In this document: positions 41,083 to 50,426 of the stretch, piece after piece
Layout of the letters: every line of letters begins with the position of its first letter
How positions within the stretch are numbered: position 1 is the stretch's first letter
Assembly: GCA_903938735.1 (NCBI GenBank)
Contig: CAJAEK010000130.1
Coordinates: 1 to 50,426, forward strand
Direction of reading: 5' to 3'
Length of the DNA stretch: 50,426 nucleotides
Origin: an uncultured Actinomycetes bacterium
Lineage (GTDB): Bacteria > Actinomycetota > Actinomycetes > Nanopelagicales > Nanopelagicaceae
Made by a program: the position numbers and the translations under genes
The notes under the pieces: generated by a model
Databases searched by the model: none
What the model saw: only the letters and a program-made list of their open reading frames with translations
What the model was told of the DNA's origin: nothing

Positions 41083-43163
41083 CAGGTTCCGGCCTCTTCC
41101 ATTCCGCGCAACTCTTTTTTGAGGTCACGAATCTCGTCTCGAAGGCGGCCCGCTAGCTCAAACGCAAGTTCCGCTGCCGCTGCCTTCATCTGCTCAGTCA
41201 GCGATTCTATGAGCGCAATCAACTCTTGTCGTGGCAGAGAATGAGCGGCCGAAATCTGAGCCTCGAGTCCAGCGGAAATCACCGCGCTTCGCTTCTTCGT
41301 GCCCGCCGTCATCGCCTCGGTATCTTCCGCTTCTTTGGTAATTAAGTCGGTAATGTCGGCAATCTTCTTTCGCAGCGGCTGTGGGTCTATACCGCGCTCG
41401 GTGTTGTAGGCAATTTGCTTGGCCCGGCGACGATTAGTCTCATCGATCGCTTGCGCCATTGCCGGGGTGATGCTGTCGGCATACATATGGACCTCGCCCG
41501 AGACGTTACGGGCGGCACGACCAATGGTCTGAATCAAAGAGGTGGCGGAGCGCAAGAAGCCTTGCTTATCTGCATCCAGGATCGACACCAGCGAGACTTC
41601 AGGCAAATCAAGACCTTCACGCAGGAGGTTGATACCAATCAACACGTCATATTCACCAGAGCGAAGCTCACGAAGCAACTCGACTCGGCGCAAGGTGTCG
41701 ACCTCCGAATGGAGGTATCGAACTCGAATGCCAAGCTCCAACAAATAATCAGTCAGATCTTCGGACATCTTCTTAGTCAGAGTCGTCACCAAGATGCGCT
41801 CGTTCTTCTCGGCTCGGATTCGAATCTCGCCAACCAAATCATCAATCTGTCCTTTAATAGGCTTAATGATGATTGCTGGATCCACCAGACCGGTTGGGCG
41901 AATAACTTGTTCAACAAATTCGCCGCCGCTCTTCTCTAATTCGTACTTGCCTGGAGTTGCAGAGAGATAGACCGTCTGCCCTTTGCGCTCCAAGAATTCA
42001 TCAAAGCGAAGTGGCCGGTTATCCATAGCGCTCGGCAGGCGGAATCCATGTTCTACCAAGGTCCGTTTACGCGATGCATCTCCTTCGAACATTGCCCCGA
42101 TTTGCGGCACCGTCACGTGAGATTCATCGATAACGGTCAAGAAATCTTCCGGGAAATAATCCAACAAACAGTTACCGGCCGAGCCAGCGTCACGTCCGTC
42201 GATGTGACGGGAATAGTTTTCAATGCCTGAGCAGAAACCAAGTTGGCGCATCATCTCGATATCAAAGGTGGTGCGCATGCGGATGCGCTGTGCCTCGAGC
42301 AATTTATTTTGTCGTTCAAATTCCGCGACGCGAACTTCCATCTCTTCCTCAATCTGAGAAATCGCGCGCTTCATGGTCTCTGGTCCAGCGGCGTAGTGGC
42401 TAGCCGGGAAGATATACATCTCAGTTTCGTTGCGGACGATTTCGCCCGTGAGTGGATGCAAGGTCATGATGTTTTCGATTTCATCGCCAAACATCTCGAT
42501 CCGAAGCGCGAGCTCTTCATACATCGGAATGATCTCGATGGTATCGCCGCGCACCCGGAAGGTGCCGCGCTCAAAGGCCACATCGTTGCGACGGTATTGA
42601 ATATCGACGAACCTGCGCAACAGTGCGTTCCGCTCAATCGTGTCTCCCACCTTGAGCTTGATCATTCGATCAACGTATTCCTGCGGCGTGCCCAAGCCGT
42701 AAATGCACGAGACGGTTGAGACGACAATGACATCGCGTCTAGTAAGCAACGAGTTGGTGGCGGAGTGTCGCAAACGCTCTACCTCGGCGTTCACGGAACT
42801 GTCCTTCTCGATGAAAGTATCAGTCTGCGGAACATAGGCCTCAGGTTGGTAGTAGTCGTAATACGAGACAAAATATTCCACCGCGTTATTGGGCAACAAC
42901 TCTCGGAATTCGTTGGCAAGCTGTGCTGCCAAGGTCTTGTTATGCACCAAAACAAGCGTCGGGCGTTGAACTTGTTCAATCAGCCATGCAGTCGTTGCAG
43001 ACTTTCCTGTGCCGGTAGCGCCCAGAAGGACCACGTCCTGCTCGCCTCGCGCCAACCGTTCGGTCAACTCTTTTATCGCTGCTGGCTGATCGCCCGCGGG
43101 TTTGTAGTCACTGATGACCTGAAACGGATTGACCTTGCGCTCAACCTCGGTGACCGCTCTCAT
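41082..43163 (-). CDS. uvrB: Excinuclease ABC subunit B
   Basis: [36 protein letters not shown]. Confidence 0.99.
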   Translation of the reverse strand: MRAVTEVERKVNPFQVISDYKPAGDQPAAIKELTERLARGEQDVVLLGATGTGKSATTAWLIEQVQRPTLVLVHNKTLAAQLANEFRELLPNNAVEYFVSYYDYYQPEAYVPQTDTFIEKDSSVNAEVERLRHSATNSLLTRRDVIVVSTVSCIYGLGTPQEYVDRMIKLKVGDTIERNALLRRFVDIQYRRNDVAFERGTFRVRGDTIEIIPMYEELALRIEMFGDEIENIMTLHPLTGEIVRNETEMYIFPASHYAAGPETMKRAISQIEEEMEVRVAEFERQNKLLEAQRIRMRTTFDIEMMRQLGFCSGIENYSRHIDGRDAGSAGNCLLDYFPEDFLTVIDESHVTVPQIGAMFEGDASRKRTLVEHGFRLPSAMDNRPLRFDEFLERKGQTVYLSATPGKYELEKSGGEFVEQVIRPTGLVDPAIIIKPIKGQIDDLVGEIRIRAEKNERILVTTLTKKMSEDLTDYLLELGIRVRYLHSEVDTLRRVELLRELRSGEYDVLIGINLLREGLDLPEVSLVSILDADKQGFLRSATSLIQTIGRAARNVSGEVHMYADSITPAMAQAIDETNRRRAKQIAYNTERGIDPQPLRKKIADITDLITKEAEDTEAMTAGTKKRSAVISAGLEAQISAAHSLPRQELIALIESLTEQMKAAAAELAFELAGRLRDEIRDLKKELRGMEEAGT

Positions 43164-43771
43164 GCGAGTTCCTTGGCTAGACTCTGCAATTTTTCAAAAA
43201 CGCTCTCGACTTGGTGCAATAGGTGGTCCAGGTCTCCATCATTGGTGATGACAAATTGCGCGGCTGCTTCGCGCACTGCATCATCGACTTGTGAATCCAG
43301 CACGCGCGCAACCTGGAAATCCTTCATGCCACGAGCTCGAAGCCGCTCCCGCCGAAGCTCAATCGGAGCTGAAACGGTGATGACACGATGGAAACGACCG
43401 CTCCCCTTGGTCTCCACCAACAGCGGTATCTGATTGATAAGTACTGCACCCGGAGCGGCCGCATGAACCATGTGATCCCATGCCTCACGTACCACGGGAT
43501 GGATGATTGACTCTAAATCTTTTCTAGCAATCGGGTCTGAGAAAACTAGTTCGCCCAGTGCCGATCGACTGATGTCACCGTTCTGCAAAATGCCATCACC
43601 GAATCGCGCAACGACGGTATCGAAGCCTTCGGTTCCTCGGGCAATCGCATCACGTGAGAGTTGATCGGAGTCCACCACCAGTGCTCCGAGCTCCGCGAAA
43701 TATTCGCCAGCCGCAGATTTGCCCGAACCAATTCCACCCGTGAGGGCAACGGTAAGCGCTTTATCTGACAC
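43160..43771 (-). CDS. coaE: Dephospho-CoA kinase
   Basis: [23 protein letters not shown]; usual rpsA-coaE-uvrB context. Confidence 0.96.
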   Translation of the reverse strand: MSDKALTVALTGGIGSGKSAAGEYFAELGALVVDSDQLSRDAIARGTEGFDTVVARFGDGILQNGDISRSALGELVFSDPIARKDLESIIHPVVREAWDHMVHAAAPGAVLINQIPLLVETKGSGRFHRVITVSAPIELRRERLRARGMKDFQVARVLDSQVDDAVREAAAQFVITNDGDLDHLLHQVESVFEKLQSLAKELA

Positions 43772-43786
43772 CTGACCACCCTATCG

Positions 43787-43829
43787 AAAGAAAAGGAAAA
43801 GGACCCCGTCACTCTCGTGACGAAGCCCT
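43787..43829 (-). terminator. Intrinsic terminator after rpsA
   Basis: The transcript would read AGGGCUUCGUCAC-GAGA-GUGACGGGGUCCU followed by UUUCCUUUUCUUU. Confidence 0.85.
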
Positions 43830-43849
43830 TAACTCTCGGTTGGGAAGTA

Positions 43850-45214
43850 TTACTCGGCTGGTGTCTCTGAAGTGATGACAGCAGGAGCATCGGCTGCTGC
43901 AGCATCCGCTGCCTTCGCCTCTTCCTTTTGCTTGCGGTGAGCCAAGAAGCGAGCTTGAGCTTCAGCGTATTGACGCTCCCACTCTTCGCGTTGAGCTTCG
44001 AAGCCAGGACGCCATTCTTGTGAATCAGCGTCAAAACCTTCGGGGTAAATGAAGTTGCCTTCAGCATCGTAACGAGCAGGCATTCCGTATTGAGTTGGGT
44101 CGAATGCTTCGATCTCAACTTCGTGGCCTTCGTTAGCTTGCTTCAGCGACAAGGAGATGCGACGGCGCTCGAGATCGATATCGATGATCTTGACGAACAA
44201 CTCATCGCCGACCTGAACAACCTGCTCTGGAATCTCAACATGGCGCTCAGCGAGCTCAGAGATGTGAACCAAACCTTCGATGCCCTCAAAGACGCGAATG
44301 AATGCGCCGAATGGGACGAGCTTGGTGACTTCACCAGGAACAACTTGGTTGATCGCATGTGTGCGAGCAAATGCTTGCCATGGATCCTCTTGAGTCGCCT
44401 TAAGTGAAAGCGAGACGCGCTCGCGCTCGAAATCGACTTCGAGAACTTCAACGGTCACTTCATCGCCAACTTCAACGACTTCACTTGGATGATCAATGTG
44501 CTTCCAAGAAAGCTCAGACACGTGGACCAAACCATCAACGCCACCAAGGTCAACGAATGCACCGAAGTTAACGATAGATGAGACGACACCGGTACGAACC
44601 TGGCCCTTTTGGAGCTGGTTCAAGAATGTGGTGCGTGACTCTGATTGAGTCTGCTCGAGGTATGCACGGCGTGAAAGAACGACGTTGTTGCGGTTCTTAT
44701 CGAGCTCGATGATGCGAGCCTCAACCTGCTTGCCGATATATGGGGTCAAATCGCGAACGCGACGCATTTCCACCAACGATGCTGGCAAGAAGCCGCGCAG
44801 ACCGATATCAACGATCAAGCCGCCCTTAACAACTTCAATAACGGTACCGACGACAACTTCGTCGCGCTCCTTCTTGCCCTCAATCTCGCCCCAGGCACGC
44901 TCGTACTGAGCACGCTTCTTGGAGAGGATTAAGCGACCTTCTTTATCTTCCTTCTGAAGAACAAGAGCTTCAATGCGATCTCCGACAGAGACCAATTCTG
45001 ATGGTTCGACATCGTGGCGAATCGAAAGTTCGCGAGAAGGGATTACACCCTCTGTCTTGTAGCCGATATCGAGGAGAACTTCCTCACGATCAACTTGAAC
45101 AACGGTTCCGACAACAAGGTCGCCATCGTTGAAATTTTTAATTGTGCCTTCAATTGCGGCAAGAAAATCTGCGGCTGAGCCGATGTCGTTAACTGCGATT
45201 TGTGAGGGGGTCAA
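43850..45214 (-). CDS. rpsA: 30S ribosomal protein S1 (probable TTG start at 45214)
   Basis: QIAVNDIGS, DIGYKTEG, repeated S1 domains (FGAFV, GLVHVSELS), actinobacterial C-tail. GGAG precedes the TTG. Confidence 0.97.
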   Translation of the reverse strand: MTPSQIAVNDIGSAADFLAAIEGTIKNFNDGDLVVGTVVQVDREEVLLDIGYKTEGVIPSRELSIRHDVEPSELVSVGDRIEALVLQKEDKEGRLILSKKRAQYERAWGEIEGKKERDEVVVGTVIEVVKGGLIVDIGLRGFLPASLVEMRRVRDLTPYIGKQVEARIIELDKNRNNVVLSRRAYLEQTQSESRTTFLNQLQKGQVRTGVVSSIVNFGAFVDLGGVDGLVHVSELSWKHIDHPSEVVEVGDEVTVEVLEVDFERERVSLSLKATQEDPWQAFARTHAINQVVPGEVTKLVPFGAFIRVFEGIEGLVHISELAERHVEIPEQVVQVGDELFVKIIDIDLERRRISLSLKQANEGHEVEIEAFDPTQYGMPARYDAEGNFIYPEGFDADSQEWRPGFEAQREEWERQYAEAQARFLAHRKQKEEAKAADAAAADAPAVITSETPAE

Positions 45215-45293
45215 GGTTCTCCAGGTGGACAGAAGTAGTAGGGATAGGACGGTTACAGCTTTCTCATGCAGGCGAGCCTGTACAAGAGGGGTA

Positions 45294-45322
45294 AGCGTAA
45301 CTAGCCCCTGCGCTAGGGTCAA
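45294..45322 (-). promoter_or_regulatory. rpsA sigmaA promoter
   Basis: TTGACC (45322-45317), 17 bp spacer, TACGCT (45299-45294). Confidence 0.75.
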
Positions 45323-45357
45323 AATGGTCGAAAATCCCGCCCGATAAGATGGTGCCT

Positions 45358-46584
45358 ATGCGGCTATATCTTCAGATTCTTCGATATCGCCCTGCTCAAT
45401 TGCTCCTTCTGGGCAGCGCCCCCGCCCGACTCTCCTACGCGATGATCAGTCTTGGCATCTATTTCAAGGTGTATCACGCAACCGGCTCCATCTCGGTCGC
45501 AGGATTGGCATCAGGGGTAAACGGATTAGCCGGCGCATTTACCGCTGGAATTCGCGCATCGTTAATCGACAGATTCGGTCTAGTTAAACCATTGGCGATA
45601 CTTGTTCCTGCCTACGGCGTAATGATCGTTCTCTTTAACTATTCGCACGGTCAATCGTTGCTACTCGTAGCCTCGTTTCTGCTCGGATTGTCCGCTCCCC
45701 CAATTAATCTTTCGGTGCGACCAATGTGGAAAACCACCGTCCCAGAAGAATGGTTGCGCGCAACTTTCGCCGTCGACACCGCCGTCATGGGCATCACCGC
45801 GGTCTTGGGTCCAGTACTGGCGACCACGTTGGCACTTTCACGTCGCCCCAACGATTCGCTCAATCTCTGTGCCGCTTCGATGATTGTCGGCGGCTTAGCC
45901 TTGCTCGTACAAAAATCTGTTCGGACATGGCGGCCGGAAGGAAAAGTTGGCGGCGCTATTCCGCTGTGGCGAACTCCCGCGATTCGACTCTTAATGCTCG
46001 AAGGAGCCTTCATCGGATTGGGCATGGGCTCTTTTGATATTGGACTACCTGCAATCACGACACTGCACCATGTAGCCGCTCGTGCCGGATATTTATTTAG
46101 TGTTCTCGCCCTCTGCAGCATTGCCGGCAGCTTGCTTGCAGGTATCGCAGCTCGTCGACTACCGCCACTCAAAGTATTTCGGCGCGTCTACTTGGCTTGG
46201 ATGCTGCTCAGTATTCCGATGATTTTTCTTTCACCGAATTGGCTGATGTTCGTCGTCGTCGGTGGACTGGGTTTTTGCGGTGGAGCACAGCACGTCTTCT
46301 ATCTAGAGATCATGGAAGCGGTTCGTCCAGTCGGTGCTGCAGCAGGTGCACTTGGATTGCTCTGGACTATTGAAGGTTCGATGAGCGCTGCTGGAACATC
46401 ACTTGGTGGATATTTGGCACAACATTTCGGTCCACACTGGTGCTTTGGCGTTGATGTGGTCTGCGTTTTTGTGGGTTTTTGGATTATCGCGCGCGACAAA
46501 GTCAGGTTAAGCGCAGCGAATATTGTTCCGAGCTCCCGCGTAGAGCTAGGCGCAATAAGCGAAGCCGGGGCCAACGACCTCTAG
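45358..46584 (+). CDS. MFS transporter, substrate unknown
   Basis: About 12 hydrophobic segments, motif A-like ASLIDRFG. The start is placed at ATG 45358, 7 nt after TAAGAT; the ORF track starts at 45349. Confidence 0.85.
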   Translation: MRLYLQILRYRPAQLLLLGSAPARLSYAMISLGIYFKVYHATGSISVAGLASGVNGLAGAFTAGIRASLIDRFGLVKPLAILVPAYGVMIVLFNYSHGQSLLLVASFLLGLSAPPINLSVRPMWKTTVPEEWLRATFAVDTAVMGITAVLGPVLATTLALSRRPNDSLNLCAASMIVGGLALLVQKSVRTWRPEGKVGGAIPLWRTPAIRLLMLEGAFIGLGMGSFDIGLPAITTLHHVAARAGYLFSVLALCSIAGSLLAGIAARRLPPLKVFRRVYLAWMLLSIPMIFLSPNWLMFVVVGGLGFCGGAQHVFYLEIMEAVRPVGAAAGALGLLWTIEGSMSAAGTSLGGYLAQHFGPHWCFGVDVVCVFVGFWIIARDKVRLSAANIVPSSRVELGAISEAGANDL

Positions 46585-46600
46585 TATCGCACTCGCTAAA

Positions 46601-49219
46601 TTAGTGAGCTGCTAAGTCCCAGGAAGTACCGATTCCAATATTCACATCCAGTGGAACTGATAAATCCGCGGCCGAACCCATCTCGCGTCGAACGATGGTC
46701 GTTAGTGTCTGCTCTTCGCCGTCTGCCAATTCGAAAATCAATTCGTCATGAACCTGCAAGAGCAATCGAGATTTCAAACCTTCACTGGCCAGCGATCGCG
46801 CCACGCCCAACATGGCGACCTTGATGATGTCCGCAGCTGAGCCTTGGATAGGCGCATTGAGCGCCATCCGCTCCGCCATCTCGCGCCGCTGTCGATTCTC
46901 ATGAGTGAGATCGGGAAGATAGCGACGCCGTCCCATGATGGTCTCGGTATATCCCTTGGAAGTTGCTTCAACCACCACGCTCTTCAAGTAATCACGAATT
47001 CCACCAAAGCGCTCAAAGTATGTACCCATCAGCACCGATGCCTCGGTTGGCGACAAATCGAGCTGTTGCGCTAAACCATAAGCGGATAAACCGTAAGCCA
47101 ATCCATAGGACATCGCCTTGATTTGCCGACGCATCTCCGGATCTACCTCGGTTGGTTTGACTCCAAAAACTAACGACGCAACAGTCGAGTGCAAATCTTC
47201 GCCGCTTTTGAAAGCGTCAATCAGGGCGGCATCTTTAGAAAGGTGCGCCATGATGCGCATTTCAATCTGGCTGTAATCAGCCGTCAAAAGTGCAACATAA
47301 GGCTTTTCCGATATGAAGCAATCGCGAATCCGTCGGCCCTCCTCGGTGCGGACAGGAATATTTTGCAAGTTTGGGTTTGTGGAAGAAAGGCGCCCGGTTG
47401 CAGTGACGGTCTGTTGAAAATTTGTATGGATGCGACCATCGGTTGCTACCGCAGCCCGCAAGCCATCGATCGTGGTGAGTAACTTGCTTGTTTCGCGGAT
47501 GCGTAGCAAGTGCTGGAGCAAAGGGTGGGCAGTCTTGGCAAAGAGTGTCTCTAGGCTCTCTGCGTCGGTGGTGTACCCAGTCTTAATCTTCTTTGTTTTC
47601 GGCAAGCCAAGCTCGTCAAAGAGCACAACCTGGAGCTGCTTGGGCGAGCCAACATTAAACTCATGCCCGGCTTCTTTATGGGCACCCGCGGTTTCACGCG
47701 CGACCTCGTCCGCAAAGAATTGGGCCTGCGCAGCGAGCTTCGCATCGTCAACCGCAATGCCTAATATCTCTATCTTCGCCAATTCCAGCGTCACGGGAAT
47801 TTCGAGCTTGATCAGGAGATCATGCATATCGCGGTTCTGGAGCTCAAGCTCCAGAACCTCCACTAAGAGATATAAGGTCTGTGCTTGGCTGGCGTCGAAC
47901 GAAGCAAAAAGCTCCTCTTCCTGCTCAGCGTTTATTTGTCCAAGAAAGCGTTCGGCCAAATCGGATAGTTCAATATTTCTCGCGCCTGGATTAACCAGAT
48001 ATGCGGCAAGTTCGGTATCGAAGACGATTCCTGCTACGTCGAGCGAATGAAGAATCTCCTTTGCACCATGCACATACTTAGCAAGTCCCGGATCGATCAC
48101 CCATGGGCCAATCTCGGAGCTGCGCACGACCAGTACTTCGCTCTCCGAAAGCGCGACGGCATATTCCTTGAGGCGACCATCTTCAATATCGGGCACAAAA
48201 GCAATCGGTGACTTGTAGTTCGATAATCGCTTTGTCAGTTCCTCCGAAGTAACTTCAACAATCTTTGCCTCGGCCCGCTCGGCGCGGGGTGCGGTTTCGA
48301 GCTCTTGAATCGGAGCTTCGCTTCCGCTGCGACCGCCAAGAGCAGCTACGCGATCCTTAAGCGCTTTGATTTCCAACTTATCGAGCAGGGCGTTGATGGT
48401 GCCGAGTTCAATACCTTCCCAGAATAAATCTTCGACAGTGGCGTCAATATCCATATTGGATTGCAAGCGCGTGAGCTCTTGGTTCAGTCGTACGCCATCC
48501 ACATGCGCACGCAGCGAGTCTCCGACCTTGCCCTTAATCTCTGAAACATGCTCGAGCAGATTGTCGAGGTTGCCGTATTCCACGATCCACTTTGCCGCGG
48601 TCTTCTCCCCCACGCCAGGAATGGATGGCAGGTTATCGCTCGGGTCGCCACGAAGCGCCGCAAAATCCGGATATTGCTTCGGCGTTAACCCGTACTTCTC
48701 CTCCACCGCGGCGGGTGTCATGCGGGCAAGGTTGGCCACACCCATCTTGGGATAAAGCACGGTCGTCACGTCATTTACTAATTGGAACGAATCTCTATCG
48801 CCCGAACAAATCACTGTTTCAAAACCGACCGCTTCTGAGCGCTTCGCAAATGTTGCGATGATGTCATCAGCCTCGAAGCCTTCGATCGCAAAGTGTCGAA
48901 TCCCCATGGCGTGCACCAGCTCGAAGAGGTAGCTCATCTGCGAGCGGAATTCGTCAGGCGTTGCCGAGCGATTGGCTTTGTATTCTGGGAATTTTTCGCT
49001 TCGAAATGTCTTACGAGAGACGTCGAAAGCTGCAGCTATGTGGGTTGGCTTCTCGTCACGGATGAGATTGACCAGCATTGAAGCAAAGCCATAAATCGCA
49101 TTGGTTGGTTGGCCGTCGGATGTTGCGAAGTTCTCGACCGGCAGGGCATAGAAGGCGCGATAGGCCAATGAGTGCCCATCGATCAAGAGCAGCTTTCCCG
49201 TTTTGCCCGTTTTTGCCAT
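46601..49219 (-). CDS. polA: DNA polymerase I (start probably 49219)
   Basis: LIDGHSLAYRAF 5'-3' exonuclease domain, GDPSDNLP, TATGRLSS, ADYSQIEMR, LQVHDEL. Confidence 0.98.
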   Translation of the reverse strand: MAKTGKTGKLLLIDGHSLAYRAFYALPVENFATSDGQPTNAIYGFASMLVNLIRDEKPTHIAAAFDVSRKTFRSEKFPEYKANRSATPDEFRSQMSYLFELVHAMGIRHFAIEGFEADDIIATFAKRSEAVGFETVICSGDRDSFQLVNDVTTVLYPKMGVANLARMTPAAVEEKYGLTPKQYPDFAALRGDPSDNLPSIPGVGEKTAAKWIVEYGNLDNLLEHVSEIKGKVGDSLRAHVDGVRLNQELTRLQSNMDIDATVEDLFWEGIELGTINALLDKLEIKALKDRVAALGGRSGSEAPIQELETAPRAERAEAKIVEVTSEELTKRLSNYKSPIAFVPDIEDGRLKEYAVALSESEVLVVRSSEIGPWVIDPGLAKYVHGAKEILHSLDVAGIVFDTELAAYLVNPGARNIELSDLAERFLGQINAEQEEELFASFDASQAQTLYLLVEVLELELQNRDMHDLLIKLEIPVTLELAKIEILGIAVDDAKLAAQAQFFADEVARETAGAHKEAGHEFNVGSPKQLQVVLFDELGLPKTKKIKTGYTTDAESLETLFAKTAHPLLQHLLRIRETSKLLTTIDGLRAAVATDGRIHTNFQQTVTATGRLSSTNPNLQNIPVRTEEGRRIRDCFISEKPYVALLTADYSQIEMRIMAHLSKDAALIDAFKSGEDLHSTVASLVFGVKPTEVDPEMRRQIKAMSYGLAYGLSAYGLAQQLDLSPTEASVLMGTYFERFGGIRDYLKSVVVEATSKGYTETIMGRRRYLPDLTHENRQRREMAERMALNAPIQGSAADIIKVAMLGVARSLASEGLKSRLLLQVHDELIFELADGEEQTLTTIVRREMGSAADLSVPLDVNIGIGTSWDLAAH

Positions 49220-49271
49220 GTCCGCGATTCTAGTTGGGCCCATCACCATAGTCGGGAGATAAACTGCCGTT

Positions 49272-49688
49272 ATGTCCAACGAAATCAATTACCTTGAAAT
49301 TATCCGCGAGCGCGGCAGCGGCGCACTCGATAAGAAAATGGGAATCGAAATCATCGAGGCTTCACCGCAGCGCCTGGTCGGCACGATGCCGGTAGAAGGA
49401 AATACCCAACCAGTGGGATTACTGCATGGTGGGGCAAATGTTGTGTTGGCTGAAAGCTTGGGCTCAATCGGCACACAGCTTCATGCTGGTCCGAACCGTC
49501 GAATTGTTGGCGTAGATATCAACGCAACACATCACAAGTCAGCCACCAGTGGGATAGTTACGGGAGTTGCGACTGCAATTAGTTTAGGAAAAACGCTCTG
49601 TTGTTACGAGATTGAGATTACCAACGATAAGGGCGAGCGGACATGCTCGGCGAGAATTACTTGCTTGATCCTCGCCGAACGTCCCTAA
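49272..49688 (+). CDS. PaaI/hotdog-fold thioesterase
   Basis: NTQPVGLLHGGANVVLAESLGS, VGVDINATH; divergent from polA. Confidence 0.92.
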   Translation: MSNEINYLEIIRERGSGALDKKMGIEIIEASPQRLVGTMPVEGNTQPVGLLHGGANVVLAESLGSIGTQLHAGPNRRIVGVDINATHHKSATSGIVTGVATAISLGKTLCCYEIEITNDKGERTCSARITCLILAERP

Positions 49689-49716
49689 TTATTTTCTCAG
49701 ATATTTTATTTATTAA

Positions 49717-50426
49717 TTAGTGATGACCCTGGTCTGCACCGGTACCAAGGTAAGCGGCACGGACAGCTGGGTCATTCAGTAGGTCAGAAGCCTTTGCTTC
49801 CTTCACTACATTACCGGTCTCCAAAATGTAAGCACGATGCGCCCGCTGCAACGCTTGTTGCGCGTTCTGCTCGACCAACAAGATGGTTGTGCCAGTCTTG
49901 TTAATTTCGGTGATGATATTGAAGATATTTTGAATCATCATCGGCGCAAGACCCATTGAAGGCTCATCCAGAAGAAGGACTTTAGGGCGGGCCATCAAGG
50001 CGCGACCAATGGCCAGCATCTGCTGCTCACCGCCGGACAAAGTTCCACCAGCTTGCTTAACACGCTCTTTTAAACGTGGGAACAAATGGAAGACGCGCTC
50101 GAGATCTTCGTTCATCTCGGCATCGCGATTCTTACGGAAGTACTTTCCGATCTCCAAATTCTCCATCACGGTCATACCCGGGAAAATTCCGCGACCTTCA
50201 GGGACCTGGGAGATACCAAGCTCAACGCGTTCGTGCGCAGGAAGATTAGTGATGTCCTGGCCATCGAAAACGATTGATCCGGTGCTGACCTTGCGAAGGC
50301 CGGAAACGGTCTTTAGCGTGGTTGTCTTACCAGCACCGTTGGCGCCGATAAGCGTGACGATTTCGCCTTGATTAACGGTGACCGTGATTCCCTTGATGGC
50401 CTCGATCTTGCCGTAGTAAACGTGGA
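49717..50426 (-). CDS. livF: Branched-chain amino acid ABC transporter ATPase (cut by the right edge)
   Basis: The open frame from the edge reads HVYYGKIEAIKG...IGANGAGKTT...PEGRGIF...LSGGEQQMLA...LDEPSMGLAP...VEQNA. Confidence 0.92.
   Translation of the reverse strand, partial: HVYYGKIEAIKGITVTVNQGEIVTLIGANGAGKTTTLKTVSGLRKVSTGSIVFDGQDITNLPAHERVELGISQVPEGRGIFPGMTVMENLEIGKYFRKNRDAEMNEDLERVFHLFPRLKERVKQAGGTLSGGEQQMLAIGRALMARPKVLLLDEPSMGLAPMMIQNIFNIITEINKTGTTILLVEQNAQQALQRAHRAYILETGNVVKEAKASDLLNDPAVRAAYLGTGADQGHH

Noticed and set aside
38398-43433. Long antisense ORFs over uvrA and uvrB (e.g. 38398-39033, 41415-41939, 42765-43433)
   Set aside because: Shadow ORFs of conserved genes caused by codon bias, with no recognisable motifs. 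The same applies to 47430-48050 and 27715-28233.
43546-44118. 190 aa alternative-frame ORF bridging rpsA and coaE
   Set aside because: It overlaps two real genes and crosses the rpsA terminator. Both genes are complete, so no frameshift is implied.
45215-45322. N-terminal extension of RpsA in the ORF track
   Set aside because: The TTG at 45322 is the promoter -35. S1 similarity starts at the TTG at 45214.
49194-49288. PolA N-terminal extension and KTG-KTG micro-repeat
   Set aside because: The extension overlaps the divergent gene and promoter. The 9 bp near-duplication is in frame and in a variable tail.

Overview
A densely packed housekeeping segment of an actinobacterial chromosome. RbpA, WhiA, the actinobacterial SufR-suf cluster and a tyrS-linked rrn operon indicate the phylum; the compact layout and missing accessory genes resemble streamlined freshwater Nanopelagicales/acI-like genomes (inference, not tested). 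Left to right: the 5' end of a 16S rRNA gene with leader and two sigmaA promoters (minus); infC-rpmI-rplT-trmH family-pheS-pheT-argCJBDRH-tyrS (minus) with tandem ARG boxes; fabG-fabI; DUF3099 and SURF1; an ABC exporter after sufR-sufBD-Rieske-sufCSU-DUF59; ctaA-tkt-tal-pgi (plus); gap-pgk-tpiA-secG-rbpA; whiA; coaE-uvrB-uvrA-uvrC-rapZ; rpsA; an MFS transporter; polA; a PaaI thioesterase; and a partial livF-like gene. I saw no mobile element, CRISPR array or tRNA, and no convincing new multi-gene system. The strongest anomalies are an in-frame TAG inside an otherwise intact transaldolase, a one-base frameshift in sufR with a frame-rescuing ATG beside its CAAC-N6-GTTG operator, and pervasive leaderless-type promoters. 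Others are an ArgB lacking the N-terminal helix, tyrS coupled to an ArgR-controlled operon, and local absence of yvcK, zwf-opcA-pgl, ctaB and argF/argG. All calls were made by eye, without database searches.
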